Positions 48,677 through 57,382 of a stretch of 64,000 nt of DNA are shown piece by piece (the stretch's first letter is position 1; the number at the start of each line of letters is the position of its first letter). The stretch lies in the NCBI GenBank assembly GCA_002311135.1, contig DBZK01000010.1:34755-98754 (forward strand). The letters are read 5' to 3'. The translations under genes were made by a program, and so were the position numbers. This stretch comes from Dehalococcoidia bacterium UBA1162. Lineage in GTDB: Bacteria; Chloroflexota; Dehalococcoidia; GIF9; UBA5629. The notes below the pieces were generated by a model, which did no database searches, was not told the origin of the DNA, and worked only from the letters and a program-made list of their open reading frames with translations.

Positions 48677-48766
48677 TTATTTTCCGGCGAAGTTCAAGAT
48701 CGCATCATTGACGATCTCAGGCCTGTCGATCTGCGGTAGATGGCCGGCCTCCGCGGTAACCATCAT
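48677..48766 (-). pseudogene. C-terminal remnant of an alpha/beta hydrolase
   Basis: MMVTAEAGHLPQIDRPEIVNDAILNFAGK*, with an in-frame stop two codons upstream. Confidence 0.62.
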
Positions 48767-48820
48767 CAATTATTACGTTTTCGAATTCTGTGATTATCAA
48801 TACGCTCAATACATGCTAGA

Positions 48821-48854
48821 AATAAAAAACGGACTTTTGATTAAAAAGTCCGTT
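48821..48854 (-). terminator. ssrA terminator
   Basis: AACGGACTTTT / AAAAGTCCGTT stem followed by a U-tract on the minus strand. Confidence 0.8.
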
Positions 48855-48863
48855 GAATTTTCC

Positions 48864-49212
48864 TGGTGGAGGCGAGGGAGGGTCGAACTCCCCGTCCAGA
48901 AAAAAGTTGCCAGCACTTCTACAGGCTTAGTCTGCACTTTAATGTTGCCCGATTAACCTCTACAGGCGGAGTTTAAACGGGCCAGCCGGTTAAGTCTTAG
49001 ACAATCCCTACCGGCGTTGGGACTGTTGCATCCCGGCATTTCGTCGCCCAATCCCATCCCACCGGGACGAGGAAGGGTTGGACGAGCTGCCTATTTAGGC
49101 TGCTACTGGAACTGCTTCTTCTGCAGTTGTGTTTTGCCACCTGATTAGCGAGGTAGATGGCACCTCGGCCTGCCGTACTGTGGGCTCTTCCCTGTCGAAG
49201 CCACGCGCCCCC
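48864..49212 (-). ncRNA. ssrA: tmRNA; predicted tag (A)AEEAVPVAA* at 49095-49124
   Basis: 5' GGGGGCG pairs with 3' CGCCTCC-ACCA (G3:U), TTCGAC near 5' end, T-arm GTTCGAC, directly downstream of smpB. Confidence 0.96.
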
Positions 49213-49227
49213 ATGATTATTGAGTTT

Positions 49228-49695
49228 TTAATGTACTTTTTTGGACCGTGTTTTCATGGCCCTCTCTACTTCACGCTCGGTCTCACGCCGTGCGATGGTA
49301 TCACGCTTGTCGTACATTTTTTTACCCCTGCCAAGTCCCAGTTCCAGTTTCGCGATACCACCTTTAATATATAGCCGCAAGGGTATTACGGTCAAACCTT
49401 TCTGGCCGGCTTTGTCATCCAGCATAGCTATTTGGCTGCGGTGCATCAACAGTTTGCGCTTCCTGTCCGGTTCATGGGTATCAAAACCTCCCGCCTGGTA
49501 AGCGGAGATATGCGAGTTATGCAGCCATAATTCGCCCTTTTCAACCTTGGCATAGGCGTCCTTAATATTCACCCGGCCCATCCTGATTGACTTAATCTCC
49601 GAGCCTTTCAGGGCTATGCCTGCTTCATAGCTTTCCACGATATGATAATCGTGATAAGCTTTCCTGTTTACAGTAATCGTTTTGATATTGTCCAT
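49228..49695 (-). CDS. smpB: SsrA-binding protein
   Basis: NRKAYHDY, EAGIALKGSEIKSIR, RKLLMH, GKKMYDKR. Confidence 0.97.
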   Translation of the reverse strand: MDNIKTITVNRKAYHDYHIVESYEAGIALKGSEIKSIRMGRVNIKDAYAKVEKGELWLHNSHISAYQAGGFDTHEPDRKRKLLMHRSQIAMLDDKAGQKGLTVIPLRLYIKGGIAKLELGLGRGKKMYDKRDTIARRETEREVERAMKTRSKKVH

Positions 49696-49749
49696 ATGTG
49701 TTAAAATTCTATCACCGCGTACAACATAAATATAGAGAGGAGGCAGGAA

Positions 49750-50259
49750 ATGTCGGGACTGCGTGAGAAAATGTGGCTTATTATAACAGTATTCCTGGTT
49801 CTAAGCCTGGCCGCCGGCATCGTCTTCCTCTCGATTAGATTAGCGCACCTGCAACCCGTTGAGATCACTCTTTACGACCCCAAGCCACTCAACCTCTCTG
49901 AAAACATCTCCATAAGCGGCGCGGTTGTCCGCCCGGGCATTTACGAAGCCAAACCCGGCGATACACTGACCTCTATTGTCTCTGCCGCCGGCGTATCTGA
50001 AAATGCCGATACAAGCAATTTAAGAATCTATATCCCTACTAAAAATGAATTCTCCCAAACTCAGAAGGTTAATTTAAACCGTGCTGAAGCATGGCTGCTG
50101 CAGTCCCTGCCCGGCATAGGCGAGGGCCGGGCCAGGCTGATCGTCGAATATCGCGATAAGAATGGCCCCTTCCGCAATCTGGATGACCTGCTGAAAATTG
50201 AAGGCTTCGGCACATCGGTGGTGGATAAAATTCGTGATTACGCAACCGTAGTGGATTAA
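49750..50259 (+). CDS. comEA: Competence DNA receptor ComEA
   Basis: N-terminal TM, SLBB (ISGAVVRPGIY), VNLNRA, LPGIG, GPF HhH motifs. Confidence 0.92.
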   Translation: MSGLREKMWLIITVFLVLSLAAGIVFLSIRLAHLQPVEITLYDPKPLNLSENISISGAVVRPGIYEAKPGDTLTSIVSAAGVSENADTSNLRIYIPTKNEFSQTQKVNLNRAEAWLLQSLPGIGEGRARLIVEYRDKNGPFRNLDDLLKIEGFGTSVVDKIRDYATVVD

Positions 50260-50267
50260 ATTTTATC

Positions 50268-52706
50268 ATGCCCCTCTTCTATATAAGCTTGGCATGGCTG
50301 ATTGGAACCCTGTCTGGTTCCCAATTTGTCATTCCGTTGTGGCTGCCGGCGGTCCCCCTGGTACTGCTTATTCCTGCTCTCCTCTTGCGAAATCACAGGA
50401 GACTTCTGATAATCATATGCTTGTGTCTGATTGCCCTGACGGGCGGCATATTGAGATATCAGTCCACAATACAGCCGGTCGACAGCACACAGCTTCAATT
50501 TTTTAACGAAGCCGGCACAGTCAAAATTGAAGGAACTGTCTCAGGGCCGCCCGAAATTCAAAACACGTCTGTTGCTTTCAGGTTTTCCGCGCATAAATTG
50601 ATCAGGAAAAACGATACCGTAATTATAAAGGGCGATGCCCTTGTCAGCTTGCCATTCTACCGGGACTTCCACTATGGGGATACCTTATTGATAACGGGCA
50701 AGCCGGAAACGCCCTCACAATTTGATAATTTCGACTACAAAAATTATCTGGCGCACCAGGACATATATTCTGTAATAAATTACCCGGTAGTAACCGTGCT
50801 TTCCAATAGCGGGGGTTTTCAACCGCTATCATGGATCTATAATTTACGCGACAGGCTGGCCGAAAGCCTCTCGCAGTGCCTGCCTGAGCCTCAATGCTCG
50901 CTGGCGCAGGCCATCCTGCTGGGACTGCGGGGCAACCTGCCTCAATCACTGACACAGTCGTTTTATGCCACGGGCACAACGCATCTTATTGCTATTTCGG
51001 GTCAAAACCTGACCATCATGCTCGGCATGATACTTTCTGCGTCAGTATGGCTGTTCGGAAGAAAAAACAGGATATATATATGGGCCTCTCTTGCTTTCAT
51101 CTGGTTTTATACCGTGCTTACAGGCATGCCGGCCACCATGATACGGGCGGCCGTGATGGGAAGCGTATTCCTGGTTGCCGAGCTGCTGGGCAGGCAGCGT
51201 AACGGCCTGGCAGCGCTTTGCTTTGCCGCCGCACTTATGACAGCCGTACAGCCCGAGGTTATATGGGATACCAGTTTCCAACTCAGCTTCCTTTCCATGA
51301 TGGGACTTATATTTATAGCGCCCTATTTAGTCAAATTTATAAGTCCTCAGGAAGAACTCAGACGCAACGTTTACGCCCAATCATTGAAAAACGTGGCCAT
51401 TATCAGCTTCGGAACCACGATGGCCGCCATAATTGCCACCTGGCCGGTGACAGCCATGAATTTCCATTCTTTTTCCTTATTAGGCGCACCGGCAACCTTC
51501 TTTCTCATGCCTTCCTTTCCCGGGATCATGGTAGTATCGGCCTTTACTTCTCTGGCAGGCCTGGCCTGGCAGCCCATCGGCATTTTTCTCGGCTGGATAG
51601 ACTGGCTGTTTTTAAGCTACTTTATACTGGTCGTCCGTATTTTTAGCGCTATACCGGTCTCATATATTCAGAATTTCAAGCTCGATACCTGGCAAGTATC
51701 ACTATATTATGTAATCCTGGTGGGCGTGCTGCTCAGCCTGAAGCGCAGGCAACAGGCAACCACTATTCTCAGGTCGTTTTTGTCTCGACTTGCAGACGCA
51801 GTTGGCAGCATCGGAAAATTTAAATTCAGACCGTATCTTTACTGGGCACTATCTTTTTTCTTATTAGCTAATATACTGGTTTGGACTGCACTCACCACGC
51901 TTCCTGATGGCAAGCTTCATGTTATTGTATTCGATGTGGGCCAGGGAGAATCGATATTAATCAGGACACCAGAGGGGCAGAACGTGCTGGTCGATTCGGG
52001 TCCCGATCCTCTATCTGCATGCACGCAACTGGGCAATAATCTGCCGTTCTGGGACAGGCACGTCGATTGGCTGATCCAAACTCAGCTACAGTCCGACCAT
52101 TGCAGCGGTGCTCTTGAGCTTTTCAACCGGTACGATGTTAACAGGCTGGCCATTACCGCCTATAAATATGATTCGTCCCTTTCGCGGCAACTTATAGATG
52201 CGGCCTCTCGAAAATTGATTAAAACCTGCATATTGTACGAAGGCCAAAAGCTGAAGCTAGGTGAGAATACCTGGCTGGACGTACTCAACCCTCCCCAAAT
52301 TTTATACTCGGGCACATCGGATGATGCCAATAATAACTCCATGGTGCTCCGCCTAACATATAAAAATGTCAGTTTCCTCTTAACATCCGATATAGGTATG
52401 GAGGCAGAAAGGTATTTAATGGAGAACCGCTCTGACCTCCCCTGCAATGTACTTAAAGTCGCCCATCATGGCAGCAGGGGATCGACCTCCGATGAGTTCC
52501 TGGCCATAGCTCATCCCTCAGCGGCGGTTATATCAGCCGGCATCGCTAACAGGTTCGGTCATCCCAGCAGTGAGGTCCTCAGCAAGCTGACTTCGCAGGT
52601 GGGGAGTGACAGAATATTTGTTACGGCAAGGCAGGGCAACATCGAATTTATTACCGACGGCGATAAACTCTGGTACAAGACCGAGAAACCCGCGCAAAAT
52701 CAATGA
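50268..52706 (+). CDS. comEC: DNA uptake channel ComEC/Rec2
   Basis: GTTHLIAISGQN, RAAVM, SFQLSF, DVGQG, LKVAHHGS, NRFGHP. Confidence 0.94.
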   Translation: MPLFYISLAWLIGTLSGSQFVIPLWLPAVPLVLLIPALLLRNHRRLLIIICLCLIALTGGILRYQSTIQPVDSTQLQFFNEAGTVKIEGTVSGPPEIQNTSVAFRFSAHKLIRKNDTVIIKGDALVSLPFYRDFHYGDTLLITGKPETPSQFDNFDYKNYLAHQDIYSVINYPVVTVLSNSGGFQPLSWIYNLRDRLAESLSQCLPEPQCSLAQAILLGLRGNLPQSLTQSFYATGTTHLIAISGQNLTIMLGMILSASVWLFGRKNRIYIWASLAFIWFYTVLTGMPATMIRAAVMGSVFLVAELLGRQRNGLAALCFAAALMTAVQPEVIWDTSFQLSFLSMMGLIFIAPYLVKFISPQEELRRNVYAQSLKNVAIISFGTTMAAIIATWPVTAMNFHSFSLLGAPATFFLMPSFPGIMVVSAFTSLAGLAWQPIGIFLGWIDWLFLSYFILVVRIFSAIPVSYIQNFKLDTWQVSLYYVILVGVLLSLKRRQQATTILRSFLSRLADAVGSIGKFKFRPYLYWALSFFLLANILVWTALTTLPDGKLHVIVFDVGQGESILIRTPEGQNVLVDSGPDPLSACTQLGNNLPFWDRHVDWLIQTQLQSDHCSGALELFNRYDVNRLAITAYKYDSSLSRQLIDAASRKLIKTCILYEGQKLKLGENTWLDVLNPPQILYSGTSDDANNNSMVLRLTYKNVSFLLTSDIGMEAERYLMENRSDLPCNVLKVAHHGSRGSTSDEFLAIAHPSAAVISAGIANRFGHPSSEVLSKLTSQVGSDRIFVTARQGNIEFITDGDKLWYKTEKPAQNQ

Positions 52707-52814
52707 AACAAAAACAGTTGCGCAAATATCAAGTATAATAGCTGTAGAAATGTATTTCATTTTCAATAATCAGCCGGGTTGCCCGACATCAGGCAATCCT
52801 TTGGGGAGGTAATA

Positions 52815-53489
52815 ATGCACGATCGGGTTGCTATATTTATAGATGGTAGCAATCTTTACCATTCTTTAAAAAACAATTTTAAACGCGTCGACCTCAATTT
52901 CGCGGAATTCACGAAAAAACTTTGCGGCTCACGGCGGCTTATCCGGACCTACTACTACAACGTCCTGCAGGACGCCAACCAGAGAGTGGAGGGGCAAAGA
53001 GAGCAACAGGACTTCCTGGAGACCCTGCGCAAAACCCCTTATCTGGAGTTGCGACTGGGCACAACCAAGCTATCCCAGGGCATTCCGGTAGAAAGGGGCA
53101 TAGATGTAATGCTGGCCACAGACCTTCTATATTTTGCGGCCAACAACTCATATGATATCGCTATACTGGTCAGCGGTGATTCCGATTTCGGCTACACGCT
53201 GCAGGTTGTCAAGGACATGGGCAAACATATTGAAGTGGCCTATTTTGAAAACGCCGCTTCCAGGGATCTGCTGAATTCAGCCGATTACCTGCACGAGCTG
53301 GATAGAAAATTCTTTACGGGCTTATGGACGACGGGCCAGCACCAGTATCCCAAGAGAAGGCGACCGTCACGCTACAGGCCATCCACTAATACAGCAATTA
53401 TCGCCGGCCCTACGATGCAAGTAGACCATACGCCTGTGCAGGAACACCTCACGATCCAGGAACAGGTTGCAACACAGGATCAAACCTGA
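52815..53489 (+). CDS. NYN-domain (LabA/DUF88) protein
   Basis: FIDGSN, GIDVMLATD, LVSGDSDF; GGAGG before ATG 52815. Confidence 0.9.
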   Translation: MHDRVAIFIDGSNLYHSLKNNFKRVDLNFAEFTKKLCGSRRLIRTYYYNVLQDANQRVEGQREQQDFLETLRKTPYLELRLGTTKLSQGIPVERGIDVMLATDLLYFAANNSYDIAILVSGDSDFGYTLQVVKDMGKHIEVAYFENAASRDLLNSADYLHELDRKFFTGLWTTGQHQYPKRRRPSRYRPSTNTAIIAGPTMQVDHTPVQEHLTIQEQVATQDQT

Positions 53490-53718
53490 AATCGGGATAT
53501 TCCGCTTTAAGAGCTTCGTAGCTGATTTCTTCTCCTGTAATCCTGAAGACGCGTTTGGACTGCGCGTAATCTATGATCAGGAAGACAGGTTCCTTGGTAG
53601 CATGAAATGTGACAGTGCCCTTGAGGTCAAGCGATACTACGGATCTCCTGACCAGCGGGATCACCCGGAAGTTACCCAGTTCCAGGGGTTGCTCACTGCT
53701 TACGACTATATTTTCCAT
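53449..53718 (-). CDS. Small hypothetical protein, possibly YtfJ-like
   Basis: MENIVV...PLELGNFRVIPL...KEPVFLII resembles the YtfJ core; operonic position. Confidence 0.55.
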   Translation of the reverse strand: MENIVVSSEQPLELGNFRVIPLVRRSVVSLDLKGTVTFHATKEPVFLIIDYAQSKRVFRITGEEISYEALKAEYPDFRFDPVLQPVPGS

Positions 53719-53723
53719 TGGAT

Positions 53724-54296
53724 TTAAAATAATATCTTTCTCACCTGTTGCACCGATGGGGAGCAAAGGAAAGCCAGGCAAGGTATGATCACCTCTACAG
53801 GGCGGACACCGATGTTACTTTTAAGGTAACCTTCCATTACCAGGTCCTCTTCAAAGACAGGCACCATACGTATGTCAGCGCTAAACCGCTGATTTAGAAG
53901 CAGAGCCAGTGGGATTACCAGCCCGGCGAGCATACCGGTATAGTAATCGTCGCCCAGGCTGAGCTTAAAATCAGATTCGATGTGCCGTATTTTTACGTGT
54001 CCTGAGAGACCTTTTAAGAGAAGCTGGATTTGCTCCCAGATTCCCCTGGTTTGAACGGCTTCATAGATATTTGAAAAAACGGTGAAATCGTCCTTGTCTT
54101 TGGGTCGAATCGTTGGTTCAGAACTAGGATTACCATCCTGAACAAGCTGCCACGATATAAGGCCATACATTAATTTCAGCCTCACTGTGAGATCAGCACG
54201 GCCGTGAAACAGCGCGAAAAGTTCAATTTCCAGGGGGAGAGCCAGCAGAAAAATGATGACGGCCAGAATAATCAGGCCGATAACGATGAGAGTCAA
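53724..54296 (-). CDS. DUF2953 (YtfI-like) protein
   Basis: N-terminal TM, LGDDYYTGMLAG, PVFEE; adjacent to ytfJ. Confidence 0.7.
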   Translation of the reverse strand: MTLIVIGLIILAVIIFLLALPLEIELFALFHGRADLTVRLKLMYGLISWQLVQDGNPSSEPTIRPKDKDDFTVFSNIYEAVQTRGIWEQIQLLLKGLSGHVKIRHIESDFKLSLGDDYYTGMLAGLVIPLALLLNQRFSADIRMVPVFEEDLVMEGYLKSNIGVRPVEVIIPCLAFLCSPSVQQVRKILF

Positions 54297-54302
54297 AGGT
54301 CA

Positions 54303-54674
54303 CTATTCCTTTTTCCGTTCTCCCCACTTATCGGCAATCTTCTCCACCACACCGGGAACTTTTTCGCTCAATTTCTCTATGGCTGCCGCCACGCTGCTCT
54401 TGATGGGTTCGATACGGACACCGTCTTTATCAATTATGATAATGGCGATGGGGCGCATACCGCCTGCCCCACCGGTGCCCCCCTTCATACCTTCGTTAGT
54501 TTGCTTGGCGTCGCTTTTCCCGCCGCCTGCTGCTCCGAATCCGAAACCGACGCTGAGCAATGGGATCAACGTTGTATCGCCTACTATGATCGGTTCACCG
54601 ACCACAGTTTTGCTGCTGAGCACCTTTTCGATCTGGCTTAGTGTGGTTTTAACCATGTTTTCGACATCTTCCAT
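54303..54674 (-). CDS. YtfJ/GerW family protein
   Basis: TVVGEPI..GD.TLIP..VGFGFGAAGGG, GGAGG..PIA. Confidence 0.9.
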   Translation of the reverse strand: MEDVENMVKTTLSQIEKVLSSKTVVGEPIIVGDTTLIPLLSVGFGFGAAGGGKSDAKQTNEGMKGGTGGAGGMRPIAIIIIDKDGVRIEPIKSSVAAAIEKLSEKVPGVVEKIADKWGERKKE

Positions 54675-54777
54675 CGAATTACCCCCTGTTAGGAAACGTA
54701 GATAAATATCATGTTCAATTATATCGTTTTCTGTGGGAATGCCCTAGTCCTGCACAGTTATATAAATAAACCGTGGC

Positions 54778-55473
54778 TCATTTCGTCGAATGATAGATCT
54801 CAAGGTTACCTATATCTATCCACGTCTCTTTAAAGGGGAAGGCCAATACCCGGTCCTTTTCGATCAGGTACGTTATAAAGTTACCCAGGTTATCCCTCTT
54901 GACTTCAAGGCAGAACTCCGAAACAAACGGGAAGACCCTGGAAGGAACAATCCAGCAGGCCGTTGATACCAAGCTCGTTTTGGGGTTGGCAGGTTTTTCC
55001 TCCAGTTCAACTACACGGGTCCCCACCAGTTTGACTACTCCATACCTGGTTGCTTTGGCAAGGTCACCAACGTCGTAGACCGCTATCTGCACATTAATAC
55101 CGTTAAAAGCTGCTATGAACCTGGACATATCGAATTCGAAATAGTTGTCACTGCCAAAGAGCAGCAGGTCTTCATTAACGTTTTTTTTCTTTATCCAGTA
55201 ATCCAGCGATCCAATTGCTCCCAGCTTCTCTTCGTCCGAATATACTTCTTCCACACAAATGATTACGTTCCTGTGCTGTTGCTTTTCCCACTGAAAAAAA
55301 TCATCTTCGAATTTTTTATTTACATTAACCAGGATTTCAATGCCGGGGGGTATTTTATCCACAATATGGTTAATCATCGGTTTGCCCTTGTAGGGCAAAA
55401 GGGCCTTAGCATGGGTGAGAGTCAAGGGATACATCCTTGTACCAAACCCGCTGGCCAGAATCAAGCATTTCAT
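54778..55473 (-). CDS. Sugar-phosphate nucleotidyltransferase family protein
   Basis: ILASGFGTRMYPLT..KALLP, EEKP, WIDIG. Confidence 0.9.
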   Translation of the reverse strand: MKCLILASGFGTRMYPLTLTHAKALLPYKGKPMINHIVDKIPPGIEILVNVNKKFEDDFFQWEKQQHRNVIICVEEVYSDEEKLGAIGSLDYWIKKKNVNEDLLLFGSDNYFEFDMSRFIAAFNGINVQIAVYDVGDLAKATRYGVVKLVGTRVVELEEKPANPKTSLVSTACWIVPSRVFPFVSEFCLEVKRDNLGNFITYLIEKDRVLAFPFKETWIDIGNLEIYHSTK

Positions 55474-55589
55474 TAGATCATATCTCCAATGGTTTCCCCT
55501 TGTTATCTGACACAACAGTTTACCCCTTCATAAGGCTCTATTCAATAGGCTTATTTGTATAGGGTATGAGATCAAAATACAATATATCC

Positions 55590-56354
55590 ATGAAGCCCAA
55601 AAGCCGCCGGTCATTATCCATAGTCGGCCAGCAAGAAATAAAACTCCAAAACAGGATTATAAGCTACACCTTGAAACAAAGCGCCCGCATTCGTGGGATT
55701 CGGTTGGAAATACACAATGAATCGGGCCTGACCGTGGTCGTGCCCAGGAGGCATAGCCGCAAACAAGTCCAGGATATCCTGGTAAAGAAGGCCGACTGGA
55801 TATTGCGGCATCTCCCGGTATCCAAACCAACACAGATGCCCCTTTTTAAAAAAGAAGTCGACCACGGCGAAAAAATACAGTTCATGGGCAAGTTACTCCA
55901 GCTCGCATTAGCATCAGAAGATAGCGAAGGTGATTCACCTGTTCTTAAAGGTAAAACACTATTGATTCCACGAGGTTCGGTAGGAAAAACCAGGGCCGAA
56001 ATGCTTGAAAGGTGGTACCGGCGACAGGCCGCGCTTATTTTCAAGGAAAAGGCCGATAGGTTCCAGAAGATAATGGGGGTCCATTACAGCCGGATCACTA
56101 TTCGCGGGCAGAGAAAGCGCTGGGCCAGCGCCTCGCCGTTGGGAAATCTATCGATCAACTGGAAACTGCTACTGGCCCCTGAAAAGATTATTGATTATGT
56201 GATCATACATGAATTGGCCCATTTCAAACATATGGACCATTCCAGGAAATTCTGGGATTATCTAGCTAAATATTGCCCCAAATGGCGGGAATATCGAAAA
56301 TGGCTGCTTGACCACGAAGACGACCTCAAAGCCCGGGCTTCCTTCGGCCGCTAA
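55590..56354 (+). CDS. YgjP/DUF45 family metallohydrolase
   Basis: RWAS, INWKL, DYVIIHELAH, MDHSRKFW; start 55590 or 55566. Confidence 0.9.
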   Translation: MKPKSRRSLSIVGQQEIKLQNRIISYTLKQSARIRGIRLEIHNESGLTVVVPRRHSRKQVQDILVKKADWILRHLPVSKPTQMPLFKKEVDHGEKIQFMGKLLQLALASEDSEGDSPVLKGKTLLIPRGSVGKTRAEMLERWYRRQAALIFKEKADRFQKIMGVHYSRITIRGQRKRWASASPLGNLSINWKLLLAPEKIIDYVIIHELAHFKHMDHSRKFWDYLAKYCPKWREYRKWLLDHEDDLKARASFGR

Positions 56355-56381
56355 CCAATATAAGCCCATCATTTACGCAGA

Positions 56382-56433
56382 TGAATGATTAATCAATCAA
56401 TCTATTTGACACAGGGATAAAGCAGAGTTAACA
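56382..56433 (+). promoter_or_regulatory. por operon promoter with upstream palindrome
   Basis: TGAATGATTAATCAATCA near-palindrome, TTGACA at about 56407, TAACAT downstream. Confidence 0.6.
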
Positions 56434-56478
56434 TATATTTTTGTTGTTCTCCATTGACCGCGAGAGAGAAATTATTTA

Positions 56479-57069
56479 ATGCCGCAAAAGTCTTCCTTAA
56501 ACAACAGGCCGATTGAAATACGATGGCACGGACGAGGAGGACAGGGTGCAATCACGGCAGCCAAAATTATTGCTGCCGCAGCCTATGCCAAGGGCTACCG
56601 GGGAGTAACCGCTGCGCCATCATTCGGTGCTGAAAGGCGCGGAGCCCCCGTTAGCGCCTCCACCAGGATAGCCAGTGAGCCGATTATGGTAGTATCGCAA
56701 GTTGAAAAACCCGATATTGTGGTAGTGCTCGACCATACGTTGCTATCGTATCCGGATGTCACGCAGGGGCTGGGCAAGGATGGTTGGATGATCGTTAATT
56801 CGCCCTTATTACCCAAAGAATTGGGCATCAAGTTTGAATGCAACGTTGCTACCGCTGACGCCACTAGGGTCTGCGAAAAATTGGGTTTGATAGTTGCGGG
56901 CCTGGTCATAGTCAATACTGCCATATTGGGCGCATTGATACGCGCTACGAAAATAGTCGACCTGCCAACATTGGAGAAAGTCATACGTGAAAGGTTCCCC
57001 GCTAGCACAGTCGAGATCAACCTTGCAGCCATTAACAAGACGTATGAAATCACCAGGTCGGCCAAATAG
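56479..57069 (+). CDS. porC: 2-oxoacid:ferredoxin oxidoreductase gamma subunit
   Basis: EIRWHGRGGQG, FGAERRGAPV, NTAILGA. Confidence 0.92.
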   Translation: MPQKSSLNNRPIEIRWHGRGGQGAITAAKIIAAAAYAKGYRGVTAAPSFGAERRGAPVSASTRIASEPIMVVSQVEKPDIVVVLDHTLLSYPDVTQGLGKDGWMIVNSPLLPKELGIKFECNVATADATRVCEKLGLIVAGLVIVNTAILGALIRATKIVDLPTLEKVIRERFPASTVEINLAAINKTYEITRSAK

Positions 57070-57081
57070 GGTCTAATAAAT

Positions 57082-57378
57082 ATGGGGACCAGAGATTGTA
57101 ACCACATTTGCGATGAGTCATCACCGGGCATCGGCGAAGCCGGGAGGACGGGCGAATGGCGTACGCTGATGCCGGTCATCGACGATAAAAAATGCACCGC
57201 TTCGAAGCTGAACAAGCCCACTTGTTTCCTCTGCTGGCTTTACTGCCCCGAAGCTGTAATAACCAAGGGAATCCCCCCCTTGATAAACCTGGAGTACTGC
57301 AAAGGATGCGGTATCTGCTTACAGGTTTGTCCCGTGCAGGCTATTGTTATGATCCACGAAGAGAAAATAGCAGACTGA
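57082..57378 (+). CDS. porD: 2-oxoacid:ferredoxin oxidoreductase delta subunit
   Basis: TGEWRT..P, CWLYCPE, YCKGCGIC..VCP. Confidence 0.92.
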   Translation: MGTRDCNHICDESSPGIGEAGRTGEWRTLMPVIDDKKCTASKLNKPTCFLCWLYCPEAVITKGIPPLINLEYCKGCGICLQVCPVQAIVMIHEEKIAD

Positions 57379-57382
57379 TATT

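Noticed and set aside
48864-48900. tRNA gene
   Set aside because: The T-arm and CCA belong to the tRNA-like domain of tmRNA
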